From an uncultured Oscillospiraceae bacterium (lineage in GTDB: Bacteria > Bacillota > Clostridia > Oscillospirales > Ruminococcaceae): a stretch of DNA of 64,000 bases. Below, in pieces: positions 20,485-30,151 of the stretch. Positions within the stretch are counted from its first letter, which is position 1. Each line of letters begins with the position of its first letter. The DNA lies in NCBI GenBank assembly GCA_949295465.1, contig CASFKY010000043.1, positions 80 through 64,079 on the forward strand, read 5' to 3'. The notes under the pieces are model-generated. The model ran no database searches, was not told where the DNA came from, and was given only the letters and a program-made list of their open reading frames with translations. The translations under genes and the position numbers were made by a program.

Positions 20485-20552
20485 CCCCTGCGCAACTGTA
20501 TGTACGAATGAACCTGGCTGTATGAATTGAATGGATGGAGGCATCACGAATC

Positions 20553-21923
20553 ATGAAATTATCCATGGGAAGGAAACTGTGTTTTGGCGTGGGCGGCCTG
20601 GGCAAAGACCTGTGCTATGCCATGATCAGCACCTATCTGACCATCTACCTCACCGACACCATCGGTCTGGCGCCCCTGTTTGTGGGCAACCTGTTCCTGG
20701 TGGCCCGTGTCTGGGATGCGGTGAACGACCCCATAATGGGCTTTATCGTGGACAACACCCGCACCCGCTGGGGCAAGTTCCGCCCCTGGATCCTCATCGG
20801 CACCCTTATCAATGCGGTGATCCTGGTGCTGCTGTTCCGCGGGCCACAGTTGGAGGGATTCGCTCTGTATGCCTACTATTCGGTCATGTACATCCTCTGG
20901 GGCATGACCTACACCGTCATGGACATTCCCTACTGGTCCATGCTGCCCTCTATGTCCTCCACCAAGGAGGAGCGGGACTCCATGTCCGTCATTCCCCGCA
21001 TCTTCGCCAGCAGCGCCTGGCTGTTGGTGGGCGCCTTCGGCCTGGCCATGATCGACTATCTGGGCAAGGGCGATGAGGCCAAGGGCTATGCCAACACCGC
21101 TGTGGTAGTGGCGGTCATCTTTGTGTCCACCCTGCTGGTTACGGTCATCTTTTCCCGGGACCGCAGCAGCATGGAGGCTGCCACCAGCAAAAAGGGCGAG
21201 CGCACTTCCCTGAAATATGCCATCCATGTCATCACCGGCAACGACCAGCTGAAGGTGTATATCGGCGTGGTGCTGGCCTACAACCTGGTTGTCCAGCTGG
21301 CCGGCGGCATGGCCCTGTACTACTTCAAGTACGTCACCATGAACGAGGACCTGTTCCCCTACTTTACCACCGCGGCCTCTCTGGCCGAGATGGGCGCGCT
21401 CTTTTTGTTCCCCTTCTTCTCCCGGTTCATGTCCAAAAAGTCGGTGTTTGCCATCGCCAGCTTTACCCCGGCCATCGGCCTGCTGGGCCTCTTGCTGGCC
21501 GGCGAGGTGGCTCCCTCCAACATCCCCCTCATCATCATCTGCGGCCTGTTCTATAAGTTCGGCTCCGGCCTGACCCTGGGCGCCACCACCGTGATGCTGG
21601 CCGACGTGATCGACTACGGCGAGGTGAAGCTGGGCACCCGCAACGAGAGCATCGTGGCCTCCTTCCAGACTCTGCTGGTCAAGACCGCTTCCGCCGTGGC
21701 CGGCTGGCTCATCGGCGTGGGCCTCACCATCTTCGGCTATGTGGAAAATGTGCCCCAGACTGCCGAGACCATCTTCGGCATGCGCATCCTGATGGGCGTG
21801 GTGCCCTCGGTCATCACCGTGCTGGCCTTTGTGATCTATGTGGGCGGCTACAAGCTGGACGGCAGCCTGCTGGAGAGCGTGGCCAGCCAGCTGCGGGCAA
21901 AACGGGCCGCCGACGCGGAATAA
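20553..21923 (+). CDS. melB: Melibiose:cation symporter (GPH family)
   Basis: GLGKD, WDAVNDP, TRTRWGKFRPW, MDIPYWS and LADVIDYGE motifs; GGAGG RBS (alternative start 20535). Confidence 0.88.
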   Translation: MKLSMGRKLCFGVGGLGKDLCYAMISTYLTIYLTDTIGLAPLFVGNLFLVARVWDAVNDPIMGFIVDNTRTRWGKFRPWILIGTLINAVILVLLFRGPQLEGFALYAYYSVMYILWGMTYTVMDIPYWSMLPSMSSTKEERDSMSVIPRIFASSAWLLVGAFGLAMIDYLGKGDEAKGYANTAVVVAVIFVSTLLVTVIFSRDRSSMEAATSKKGERTSLKYAIHVITGNDQLKVYIGVVLAYNLVVQLAGGMALYYFKYVTMNEDLFPYFTTAASLAEMGALFLFPFFSRFMSKKSVFAIASFTPAIGLLGLLLAGEVAPSNIPLIIICGLFYKFGSGLTLGATTVMLADVIDYGEVKLGTRNESIVASFQTLLVKTASAVAGWLIGVGLTIFGYVENVPQTAETIFGMRILMGVVPSVITVLAFVIYVGGYKLDGSLLESVASQLRAKRAADAE

Positions 21924-21951
21924 AATCTGAAAAAATCAAAGAGGAAAATTC

Positions 21952-23907
21952 ATGTATCTTGGCGTAGACTATTATCCCGAGCAGTGGGACCCCTCGCTGC
22001 TGGAACAGGACCTGGACAACATCCGGGAGCTGGGCTGCAATGCCATCCGCATCGGAGAATTCGGCTGGCACATCATGGAAAAAACCGAGGGAACTTTTGA
22101 CTTCTCCTTCTTCGATCATGTGATCGAGAGGGCCAGGGCCCGGGGCCTGCATGTGGTGATGGGCACCCCCACCGCCACCATCCCCGCCTGGCTGGCCAAA
22201 AAGCACCCGGGCATCCTTTCCCGCTTTGAGGACGGGGCCCCCCGCTCTTTCGGCGGGCGGCATGTGTACTGCTTCAACAGCAGGGAGATGTATGCCTATG
22301 CCGAGCGGATCATCCGGGCCCAGGCCGAGCACTACAAGAGCGAGCCGGCCATCGTGGCCTGGCAGATCGACAACGAATTTGGCCATGAGGACAGCGACAT
22401 CTGCTACTGCGACCAGTGCCGGGACGCTTTCCGGGCCTATCTGCGCCAGAAATTCGGCGGGGACATCGGGGCGCTGAACGAGGCCTACGGCACCACTTTC
22501 TGGAGCCAGGAGTACAACGACTTCGACGAGATCCCCCTGCCTGCCCGTACCATCACCACCCACAACCCGGCCCTTCGGCTGGACTGGGAGCGGTTCCGCA
22601 GCGAGAGCATCCTGAAGTTTGCCAGGTTCCAGTGCGACCTGCTGCGGCAGATCCTGCCCGGGGCGGTGATCATCCATGACTTCCCCGGCGGCGGGCTCAC
22701 CAAACACGCGGATTACTCCCGGGTGGCCGAGCCCCTGACGGTGGCGGCCTACAACAACTACCCGGTGTGGGGCGGCCAGCGGGAGCCCCTGCCCCCCAAT
22801 GAGATCGCCTTCGGGCTGGACTATATCCGGGGCCTGCGCCGGCAGAACTTCTGGATCACCGAGGCCATCATGGGGGCCCAGGGCCACGACGTCACCGGCT
22901 TTTTGCCCCGGCCCAACCAGGCCCGGATGTGGGCCTGCCAGGGCATGGCCCGGGGGTGTGAATCCCTGTTCTTCTTCCGCTACCGGGGGGCCACCAAGGG
23001 TGCCGAGCAGTTCTGCTACGGCATCCTGGACGCCGACAACGTGAAGCGAAGAAAGTACCACGAGGTGCAGAGCTTCTTCAAGGAGATCTGCCGGTACGCC
23101 CCCCAGCTGGAGAGCCCTCTCTCCAGCCAGGTGGCCATCCTCTACGACTACGACTCCCTGGCGGCCTTCCGCATCCAGCGCCAGAGCCTCACTCTGGACT
23201 GTGAGGGGGAGATGAAGAAGTACCACAAGTTCTTCTATGATCGCAACATCCCGGTGGACGTGATCCCCGCCCGGGCCGGCTTTGAGGGCTACAAGGTGCT
23301 CATCCTGCCCCAGATGATCGTCACCGACCCAGGGCTTCAGCAGCGGGTGAAGGACTTTGTGCGGCAGGGGGGCATCGCCCTGCTCACCTACCGGGATTTT
23401 GTCAAGGACCAGAACAACAACCTGGTGCTGGGCAAACAGCTGCCCCTGGGCTTTGACGGCTTCGCGGGGGTCTGCGTGGTGGAGACCGAGAGCTTGCAGG
23501 AGGGCCAGAACTTCCCCCTGGAAGGGGAAGGGGAGTGGTCCGGCGCCCGGGGCCAGGGCGGCATTTTCCGGGACATGCTGGAAACCCGGGACGCCCAGGT
23601 GCTGCTGCGCTATCAGGACCCCTTCTATGGGGAATACGCGGCCCTCACCCGCAAGGCCCAGGAGAAGGGATGGGTCTACTACCTGGGCTGCGGGGCAGAC
23701 GAGGCCCTGCTGGCCCGGCTGCTGGGCGAGATCTGCGAGCGGCAGGGCATTGCCGGGGAGACCACCGTCCCCGGTGTGGAAGTGGTGTACCGGGGCGTCG
23801 GCAAGGATCGGATTCGCCTGGTGCTGAACCACAATGCCCAGCGGGCGGAATACCGGGGCCAGGCCCTGGAGCCCTTCCAGTGCCTCATTACCCCGGCGGC
23901 GGAATAA
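21952..23907 (+). CDS. Beta-galactosidase, GH42
   Basis: GVDYYPEQW, IGEFGW, WQIDNE, WITE and GAEQF motifs. Confidence 0.95.
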   Translation: MYLGVDYYPEQWDPSLLEQDLDNIRELGCNAIRIGEFGWHIMEKTEGTFDFSFFDHVIERARARGLHVVMGTPTATIPAWLAKKHPGILSRFEDGAPRSFGGRHVYCFNSREMYAYAERIIRAQAEHYKSEPAIVAWQIDNEFGHEDSDICYCDQCRDAFRAYLRQKFGGDIGALNEAYGTTFWSQEYNDFDEIPLPARTITTHNPALRLDWERFRSESILKFARFQCDLLRQILPGAVIIHDFPGGGLTKHADYSRVAEPLTVAAYNNYPVWGGQREPLPPNEIAFGLDYIRGLRRQNFWITEAIMGAQGHDVTGFLPRPNQARMWACQGMARGCESLFFFRYRGATKGAEQFCYGILDADNVKRRKYHEVQSFFKEICRYAPQLESPLSSQVAILYDYDSLAAFRIQRQSLTLDCEGEMKKYHKFFYDRNIPVDVIPARAGFEGYKVLILPQMIVTDPGLQQRVKDFVRQGGIALLTYRDFVKDQNNNLVLGKQLPLGFDGFAGVCVVETESLQEGQNFPLEGEGEWSGARGQGGIFRDMLETRDAQVLLRYQDPFYGEYAALTRKAQEKGWVYYLGCGADEALLARLLGEICERQGIAGETTVPGVEVVYRGVGKDRIRLVLNHNAQRAEYRGQALEPFQCLITPAAE

Positions 23908-23943
23908 GGCGCCGCCCCGCCCAAACCCCAAAAGAGAGCTTTG

Positions 23944-23984
23944 CAAAATCCCCCCGGAGGGCTCTGCCCCCGGGGGGATTTTTG
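23944..23984. terminator. Terminator of the galactoside operon
   Basis: AAAATCCCCCCGG...CCGGGGGGATTTTT. Confidence 0.8.
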
Positions 23985-24168
23985 TGTGCACGGGGGCCGG
24001 CGCCCGGCCATGAGAGAGAATTTTAGACCGAATCTCGTAAAATTTTATTTGGCACAGAGGCCATGCTGTGGTACAATGGGCTAAAACCCTCCCGGGGGCG
24101 GGCGCGCTGCCGGGCCCCGAAAAGGGGAAAGGCAGGCCCGCCCTTCGGGGCCGCAAAGGAGGATTTTT

Positions 24169-25014
24169 ATGACCCAGCCCGCAGGCAGCCCCAACCGGGT
24201 GCTGCTGATCAATGATATGGCCGGCTACGGCAAGGTGGCCCTGTCGGTGATGATCCCGGTGTTTTCCCACCTGAAATACGAGATCTTCAACCTGCCCACG
24301 GCCCTGGTCTCCAACACCCTGGATTACGGCCGTTTTGAGATTTTGGACACCACCGACTACATGCGGGGCGCTCTGAAAGCCTGGGAGGAGCTGGGCTTTT
24401 CCTTCGACGTGATCTGCACCGGCTTCATCGCCTCAAAAGAGCAGGCCGAGCTGGTGTACCAGTACGGCAAGGCCCAGCGGGCCCGGGGCACCCGGATCTT
24501 TGTGGACCCCATCCTGGGGGATGACGGCAAACTCTACAACGGGGTGGGGCCTGAGTCGGTGGAGGGCATGCGCCGGCTCTGCTCCATCGGGGACGTGGTG
24601 ATGCCCAACATCACCGAGGCCTGCCTGCTGGCCGGCCGGCAGCCCCAGCCCCTTTACAACCAAAAGGATCTGGAGGAGATCTCGGCGGCCCTTCACCGGC
24701 TGGGGGCCCGGGCGCTGGTGCTCACCAGCGTCCCCCTCCAAGGGCAGCGGGTGACGGCGGTGAAGCCCTCTCCCTCCCGGCCCCTGGAGCTGCTGCCCTA
24801 TGAGGAGATCCCGGTGCGGTTCCCGGGCACAGGGGATATCTTCATGTCTCTCACGGCGGGCCGATGCCTGCGCACCGGCCGGCTCACCGAGAGCGTGCAG
24901 GCCGCCATGACCCAGGTGGAGGCCCTCATCCGGGCCAGCCTTTCCAGCACCGACCGCTACAAGGGCATCCCCATCGAACAGCTCTTGGAGGAGATTCAGG
25001 ATGAAAAAACCTAA
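24169..25014 (+). CDS. pdxK: Pyridoxal/pyridoxamine kinase (PfkB fold)
   Basis: NDMAGYGKVAL, LPTALVS, VDPILGDDGKLY, MPNITEA and FPGTGD motifs; extended -10 TGgTACAAT at 24069-24077. Confidence 0.82.
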   Translation: MTQPAGSPNRVLLINDMAGYGKVALSVMIPVFSHLKYEIFNLPTALVSNTLDYGRFEILDTTDYMRGALKAWEELGFSFDVICTGFIASKEQAELVYQYGKAQRARGTRIFVDPILGDDGKLYNGVGPESVEGMRRLCSIGDVVMPNITEACLLAGRQPQPLYNQKDLEEISAALHRLGARALVLTSVPLQGQRVTAVKPSPSRPLELLPYEEIPVRFPGTGDIFMSLTAGRCLRTGRLTESVQAAMTQVEALIRASLSSTDRYKGIPIEQLLEEIQDEKT

Positions 25015-25282
25015 GATCACCCTCACCCTGGTGGAGCGCAAGGGCCCTCTTGGCTGCCACCGGGGCCACCGGGTGGGCGACACCTTCGATTTTGACACCG
25101 AGCGGGGCAAGCTCTGCCCCATGGCCCTCCATGTGGCGTTTCCCTATGTGGACATCCTGCGCTACGGGGGCCATCTGCCCCCCAGCCAGGACGGTACCAT
25201 TCGGTTCTGCTGCCCGGACGCGGACGTGATCAACGTCTTCCGCATCCAGGTGGAGGAGCCGGAGGAGGGCTCCGGGGGCTGA
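25001..25282 (+). CDS. TIGR04076-family small Cys-rich protein
   Basis: CHRGHRVGDTF, LCPMA and CCPD pattern; overlaps the pdxK stop. Confidence 0.75.
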   Translation: MKKPKITLTLVERKGPLGCHRGHRVGDTFDFDTERGKLCPMALHVAFPYVDILRYGGHLPPSQDGTIRFCCPDADVINVFRIQVEEPEEGSGG

Positions 25283-25396
25283 CGGCCCCTTGGGCAGGCC
25301 CGGCATCCAGACTCAAACAGAGCGCCCCGGGCGGGGAAAATCTTCCTCTGTCCGGGGCGCTCTGTGCGCTGCATATGGGGCCTGCCCGGCCATCTG

Positions 25397-26380
25397 TCAA
25401 TACCAGTCGTGCTTTTCGCCCCGGTCCAGGGAGCGGATCTGCTCCATCTCCTCTTCAGTGAGGGAGAAGCCGAACAGGTCCAGATTTTCCCGGATGTGAT
25501 CGGGATTGCTGGAACCGGGGATCACCACCACCCCCCGCTGCAAATTCCAGCGGAGGATCACCTGGGCGCTGGTGACCCCGTGGGCCCCGGCAATGGAGGA
25601 GATCACCGGGTCCCCCAGCAGCTCGGCGGTATAGCCACGCCCCCCAAAGGGGTACCAGCCCTGGGTCACGATGCCCTGCTGCTGGATGTAGGGCACCACC
25701 TCCTGCTCCTGGTAATAGGGGTGGATCTCGTTCTGCACCAGGGCCGGCGGGATGCGCACCTGCGGCAGAAACTCCTCCAGTTCCTCAATATACCAGTTGG
25801 AGAGCCCGATGGAGCGCACCTTTCCCTCCTCTACAGCCTCTTCCAGGGCCCGGTAGGCCTCCAGGTCCCCCTCGCCCGGGTGGTGCAGCAGGATCATGTC
25901 CAGATAACCGATGTCCATCTTCTCCAGGGCCTGGTCAATGGCCTCTTCCGCCTGGCCGAACTGGGTGGGGTAGAGCTTGGTGATGACGAAGATCTCCTCC
26001 CGGGGCACGGCGGAATCCCGCACGGCCCGCCCCACCGCCGCCTCGTTGTGGTACATATAGGCGGTGTCGATGAGCCGCCCGCCTGCCTCCAGAAGGGCGG
26101 TGACCGAGTTGTAGCACTCCTCCTCCGAGAGGCTGTAGGTGCCCAGCCCCATCAGGGGCATTTCATAGCCGCTGTTCAGCAGCACGGTGCGGGTCTCGAA
26201 ATCAAAGACCGGGGCCTCTGGCGCCGACGGCAGATCGGCGGCAGAGGCAGCGGAGGAGGCCGGCAAAGAGGAGGCCGGGGAAACCTTAGAGAGGGCCGAA
26301 GAGCCGGGCAGGGGAGAGCACGCCGGCGCGCACCCGGCCAGAGCCAGCGCCAGCAGGGCGGTTTTGAGAGCCTTTTTCAT
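25397..26380 (-). CDS. Aldo/keto reductase with an N-terminal lipoprotein signal peptide
   Basis: MKK-hydrophobic-LAGC lipobox and S/A/P linker; GLGTY, IDTAYMY, ITKL, RSIGLSN and QVILRW motifs. Confidence 0.9.
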   Translation of the reverse strand: MKKALKTALLALALAGCAPACSPLPGSSALSKVSPASSLPASSAASAADLPSAPEAPVFDFETRTVLLNSGYEMPLMGLGTYSLSEEECYNSVTALLEAGGRLIDTAYMYHNEAAVGRAVRDSAVPREEIFVITKLYPTQFGQAEEAIDQALEKMDIGYLDMILLHHPGEGDLEAYRALEEAVEEGKVRSIGLSNWYIEELEEFLPQVRIPPALVQNEIHPYYQEQEVVPYIQQQGIVTQGWYPFGGRGYTAELLGDPVISSIAGAHGVTSAQVILRWNLQRGVVVIPGSSNPDHIRENLDLFGFSLTEEEMEQIRSLDRGEKHDWY

Positions 26381-26396
26381 GGGTTCCTCCTTGGGT

Positions 26397-27020
26397 TCAG
26401 CGGTTGAAATCGGTGCGCCAGTCCCTCTCGGCTTCGGGCGGGCAGATCCCCTTTTCCCTGCCGGCTTCCAGGCAGCGCAGCAGCCAGGCCAGGTTGCGGG
26501 CCAGATTGCGCAGGGTTTGCAGCCCCTCCTGGTCCTGCTTTAGCCGGCCCGGTTCCGGGCCGAACACCATGTTCCAATAGGTGGAGGAGACCACAGGCAT
26601 CTCCGCGTCGGAAAAATGCTTCTGGATGGCGTCCAGGGAGGCGGTGGTGCCGGCCCGGCGGGCGGTGACCACTGCGGCGGCAGGCTTGTGGAAAAAGGCG
26701 TCCCCTCCGGCGTAGAACATTCGGTCCATCACCGCCAGCAGCTGGCCGGCCGGGTGGGCGAAGTACACCGGCGAGCCAAACACAAAGCCGTCGGCCTGCC
26801 GGGCTTTTTCCAGCCACTGGTTTGCCGGGTCCTCCCCAAAAACGCACCGGCCCCGGCCCTGGCAGCCGCCGCATCCGATGCAATCCCGCACCGGCCCGGG
26901 GCCCAGGGTCAGCAGTTCGGTGCCGACGCCCTGGCGTTCCAGCTCCCGGGCAATCTGCCCCAGGGCCAGGGCGGTGCAGCCCTCGGGGCGGGGGCTGCCG
27001 TTGAACAAAAGAACTTTCGT
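26397..27020 (-). CDS. Flavodoxin/iron-sulfur flavoprotein family protein; ACG at the expected start position
   Basis: KVLLFNGSPR, CIGCGGC...C, FGSPVYF and RRAGT motifs; AGGAGGAAAACC-ACG-AAAGTT (an in-frame ATG also exists 9 codons upstream). Confidence 0.82.
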   Translation of the reverse strand, partial: TKVLLFNGSPRPEGCTALALGQIARELERQGVGTELLTLGPGPVRDCIGCGGCQGRGRCVFGEDPANQWLEKARQADGFVFGSPVYFAHPAGQLLAVMDRMFYAGGDAFFHKPAAAVVTARRAGTTASLDAIQKHFSDAEMPVVSSTYWNMVFGPEPGRLKQDQEGLQTLRNLARNLAWLLRCLEAGREKGICPPEAERDWRTDFNR

Positions 27021-27263
27021 GGTTTTCCTCCTCCTGGGGCCAATCATCGGGGCCCGCTTTTCTTTGCTTTTATGGTATCGCCGGGAGGAGAAAATGTAAA
27101 ATGCCTGTTTTTTATCCAAAACCATGCCTGGCAGGTATGACAATGCGATATTAGCTGCCCGAAAAGCAGGCTTTGGCCGGGCAGGCATCGGGCAGAGGCG
27201 GTTTGACACGAAGCTTTGCCCCAAAAAGACAAAAGCGGCGAAGGGAAGAACTCCCTTTGCCGC

Positions 27264-27782
27264 ATGTTCCGATTGCTGGACGGCAAGAACATCCTCAAGC
27301 GGTTCAGCTCCTGGGAGGACTTTGTGGAAAAGCTCATCCCCCATATGGCCAGCATCGGCGGCATGCTCTTCTTCATCTTTGCCGCCAGCAACATCATCTC
27401 CAAGCTGGGCCTGGGCGACGACATGGTTGCCCTTTTGGATCGGATGAACCTCTCTCCCTGGGTCACTATCCTGGTGATCTTTGCCCTGGTGGCCTTCGTG
27501 GCCGGGCCTCTGTCCTCCACTGCCACCCTCACCTCTGTGGGCGTGGTCAGCCATGCCATCCTGGTGGGCGTGGGCGTCGATCCCCTGGCGGCCGGCGCAG
27601 CCCTGCTGATGGTGGCCTCCACCGAGGGCGCTTCTCCTCCGGCTTCGGGCGCCTTGTTCATTGCCTGCGGCCTTACCGAGTGCGACCCGCCCAAAATCTA
27701 TGTGCCGCTGATCGTCTGGTTCGTGGTGCCCATTGTGCTCCTGGCCTGCCTGGTATGCGGCGGCATCCTGCCCCTGCCCTGA
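27264..27782 (+). pseudogene. C-terminal fragment of a TRAP-DctM/IT-superfamily transporter
   Basis: Hydrophobic helices with AGPLSSTA and STEGASPP; begins abruptly after a hairpin with no RBS; far shorter than full-length members. Confidence 0.6.
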
Positions 27783-27797
27783 TGTGATAGGAGGTAT

Positions 27798-28028
27798 ATG
27801 ATGAAAAAACTCTTCCATGTGCTGATTGCCCTGGGTTCTGTGGTGTTCTTTGTGGGCGGCCTGATCTTCGTGTTCGGCCAGGCTCTCTGCATCGTCCTGG
27901 GTCAGCCGGAATGGATCATCCAGCTGGAAAGCTCGGTGGACGGGGTCATTTTCCCGGCCATCGCCCTCACCGGCCTGCTGTGCTGGGTCTACAGCCTGAT
28001 CTGGAAGACCAAAAAGTCTGACGACTGA
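27798..28028 (+). CDS. Small two-TM membrane protein (probable transporter small subunit)
   Basis: AGGAGG RBS; two hydrophobic helices; follows the transporter fragment. Confidence 0.75.
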   Translation: MMKKLFHVLIALGSVVFFVGGLIFVFGQALCIVLGQPEWIIQLESSVDGVIFPAIALTGLLCWVYSLIWKTKKSDD

Positions 28029-28109
28029 TCGTTCCAAGAACCCCGCGGCCTCACCGCGGGGCTCTTTCCGTTTCAAGATACAAGAAGATACAAGAAAGGA
28101 GCCTGTACC

Positions 28110-29163
28110 ATGCGCTACGACAGCGGAGCAATGAAAAGATTCACGGCCCGGGTCATGGAGGCGGCGGGGCTCTCGGAGGAGGAGAGCCGGGTCTTTGCCG
28201 ACAGCCTGATCCGGGCGGACATGCGGGGCATCTCCTCCCACGGGCTCACCCGGCTGGCCACCTATGCCAGGCGGGTGGAGCAGGGGCTGGTGTGGCCGGC
28301 CATGTGGAACCCCAGATCCTGCGGGACGGCGGCACCCTGCTGGTGATGGACGGCAAAAACGGCATGGGGCCTGGGTGGGCACCCGGGCCATGTCCCTCTG
28401 CATCCAGCGGGCCAGCCGGCAGGGCAGCTGCTTTGCGGCGGTGGGCGGGGGCAACCACTTTGGCTACGCGGCCTGTTTTACCGAACAGGCCGCCGAAAAG
28501 GGGATGCTGGGCTTGGCCATTGCCAACGGGCCCAAGGCCCTGCCGCCCACCGGGGGAGCCCGGGCTCTGTTGGGCACCAACCCTCTGGCCCTCAGCCTGC
28601 CTGTGGGGGCGGGCAAGCCCCCCATCACCCTGGATATGGCCACCAGCGCGGTGGCCCGGGGCAAAGTGACCCTGGCCAAAAAGACGGGCCGGCCCATCCC
28701 TGAGGGCTGGGGGGTGGATAAGGACGGCAACCCCACCACCGACCCGGAGGCGGTGCTCTCCGGGGGCGCCATGCTGCCGGTGGGCGGGCCCAAGGGCTAC
28801 GCCCTCTCCCTCTTCATCGAGGTGCTGTGCAGCTGCCTGACTGGGGCCGACAACGGCCAGACCATGGGCAGCTTCTATGATTTCAGCCGCACCCAGAATA
28901 CCGGCTACTGTTTTGCGGCCCTCAATCTGGGCGGCGTGGTGGACGCCCCCCAGTGGGAGGAGCGGATGAGCGCCCTGCTGGGCTCCATCCAGGCCTGCCC
29001 CCGCCGCCCCGGGGTGGACAGGATCCTTTTGCCCGGCCAGCCGGAGCGGGAAAACTGGGAGAAGGCGAAGCGGGAGGGGATCTCGCTGCCCCCGGCGGTG
29101 GAGGAGGAGCTCAAAAAGCTGGAAGAGCACTACGGGGTGCCTCTGCCGGCGCCGCTGGGCTGA
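28110..29163 (+). pseudogene. Second Ldh_2-family oxidoreductase, frameshifted near 28292 and 28367
   Basis: ADMRGISSHG (first frame), DGKNGMG (second), NHFG/GTNP/LDMATS/GGPKGY (third). Confidence 0.85.
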
Positions 29164-29273
29164 AAGCCGAATATTCCGACCCAGAGGGCCGGCCTGCTTT
29201 TTGCGGGCCGGCCCTTTCAGTAAATTTTCAGGAAAATTTGGTATCCTGAGGCCATAAAACAGTCCGAAAACCG

Positions 29274-29302
29274 TTGACAGGGGCCGGCAAAGGGACTATC
29301 AT
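29274..29302 (+). promoter_or_regulatory. SigA promoter of the TauE gene
   Basis: TTGACA-17 nt-TATCAT. Confidence 0.7.
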
Positions 29303-29327
29303 TCTTGTGAAAAAGGAGGCTTTTCCA

Positions 29328-30098
29328 TTGAGCGGTCTGTGGTTTGAGGTCCTGGTCTGTTTTCTGGCCGGGATGGGGGCGGGGCTGGGCACCGGGTTTG
29401 CAGGCATGAGCGCCGCCACCGTCATCAGCCCCATGCTGCTCACCTTTCTGGGGCTGCCCGCCTACGACGCCATCGGCATCGCGCTGGCCAGCGACGTGCT
29501 GGCCAGCGCCGCCAGCGCCCGCACCTATGCCCGGCAGGGCTATCTGGACCTGAAAAACGGCCTGGTGATGACGGCCGGGGTGCTGGGCATGACCATGGCG
29601 GGCAGCTGGCTGTCCTCCTTTGTGCCAAACGGAACCCTGGGGGGCTTTTCGGTGGTGATGGCCCTGGTGCTGGGGCTGAAATTCCTGCTGACGCCGGCCC
29701 GGGCCGCCGGGGCTGCCGGCTTGCCGCCGGCCCATCGGTTCCTGAAAGGGGCGGTGGGGGGCTGCGTCATCGGGCTGATCTGCGGCTTTTTCGGGGCCGG
29801 GGGCGGCATGATGATGCTGCTGGTGCTCACCGTGTTTCTGGGCTATGAACTCAAGACCGCCGTGGGCACCAGCGTCTTTGTGATGACCTTCTCGGCCCTC
29901 ACCGGGGCCCTCAGCCACTTCACCCTGGGCAGCCCGCCCCGGATGGATCTGCTGGTCCTCTGCGTGCTGTTCACCCTGCTCTGGGCCCAGGTTGCGGCCC
30001 GCATTGCCACCCGGGCGTCCCCAAAGGTGCTGAACCGGGTGGTGGGAGTGATCCTCACGGCGCTGGGTCTTTTGCTGGTGGGCATCCGATTTCTGTGA
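29328..30098 (+). CDS. Sulfite exporter TauE/SafE family protein
   Basis: Duplicated Gly-rich TM motifs (GLGTGFAGMS, GFFGAGGG, KTAVGTS); AAGGAGG RBS before TTG. Confidence 0.88.
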   Translation: MSGLWFEVLVCFLAGMGAGLGTGFAGMSAATVISPMLLTFLGLPAYDAIGIALASDVLASAASARTYARQGYLDLKNGLVMTAGVLGMTMAGSWLSSFVPNGTLGGFSVVMALVLGLKFLLTPARAAGAAGLPPAHRFLKGAVGGCVIGLICGFFGAGGGMMMLLVLTVFLGYELKTAVGTSVFVMTFSALTGALSHFTLGSPPRMDLLVLCVLFTLLWAQVAARIATRASPKVLNRVVGVILTALGLLLVGIRFL

Positions 30099-30151
30099 CG
30101 CATATATCTATTTATATATAGGAAAGACCCAATACAACAGGGGGGAAGAGT

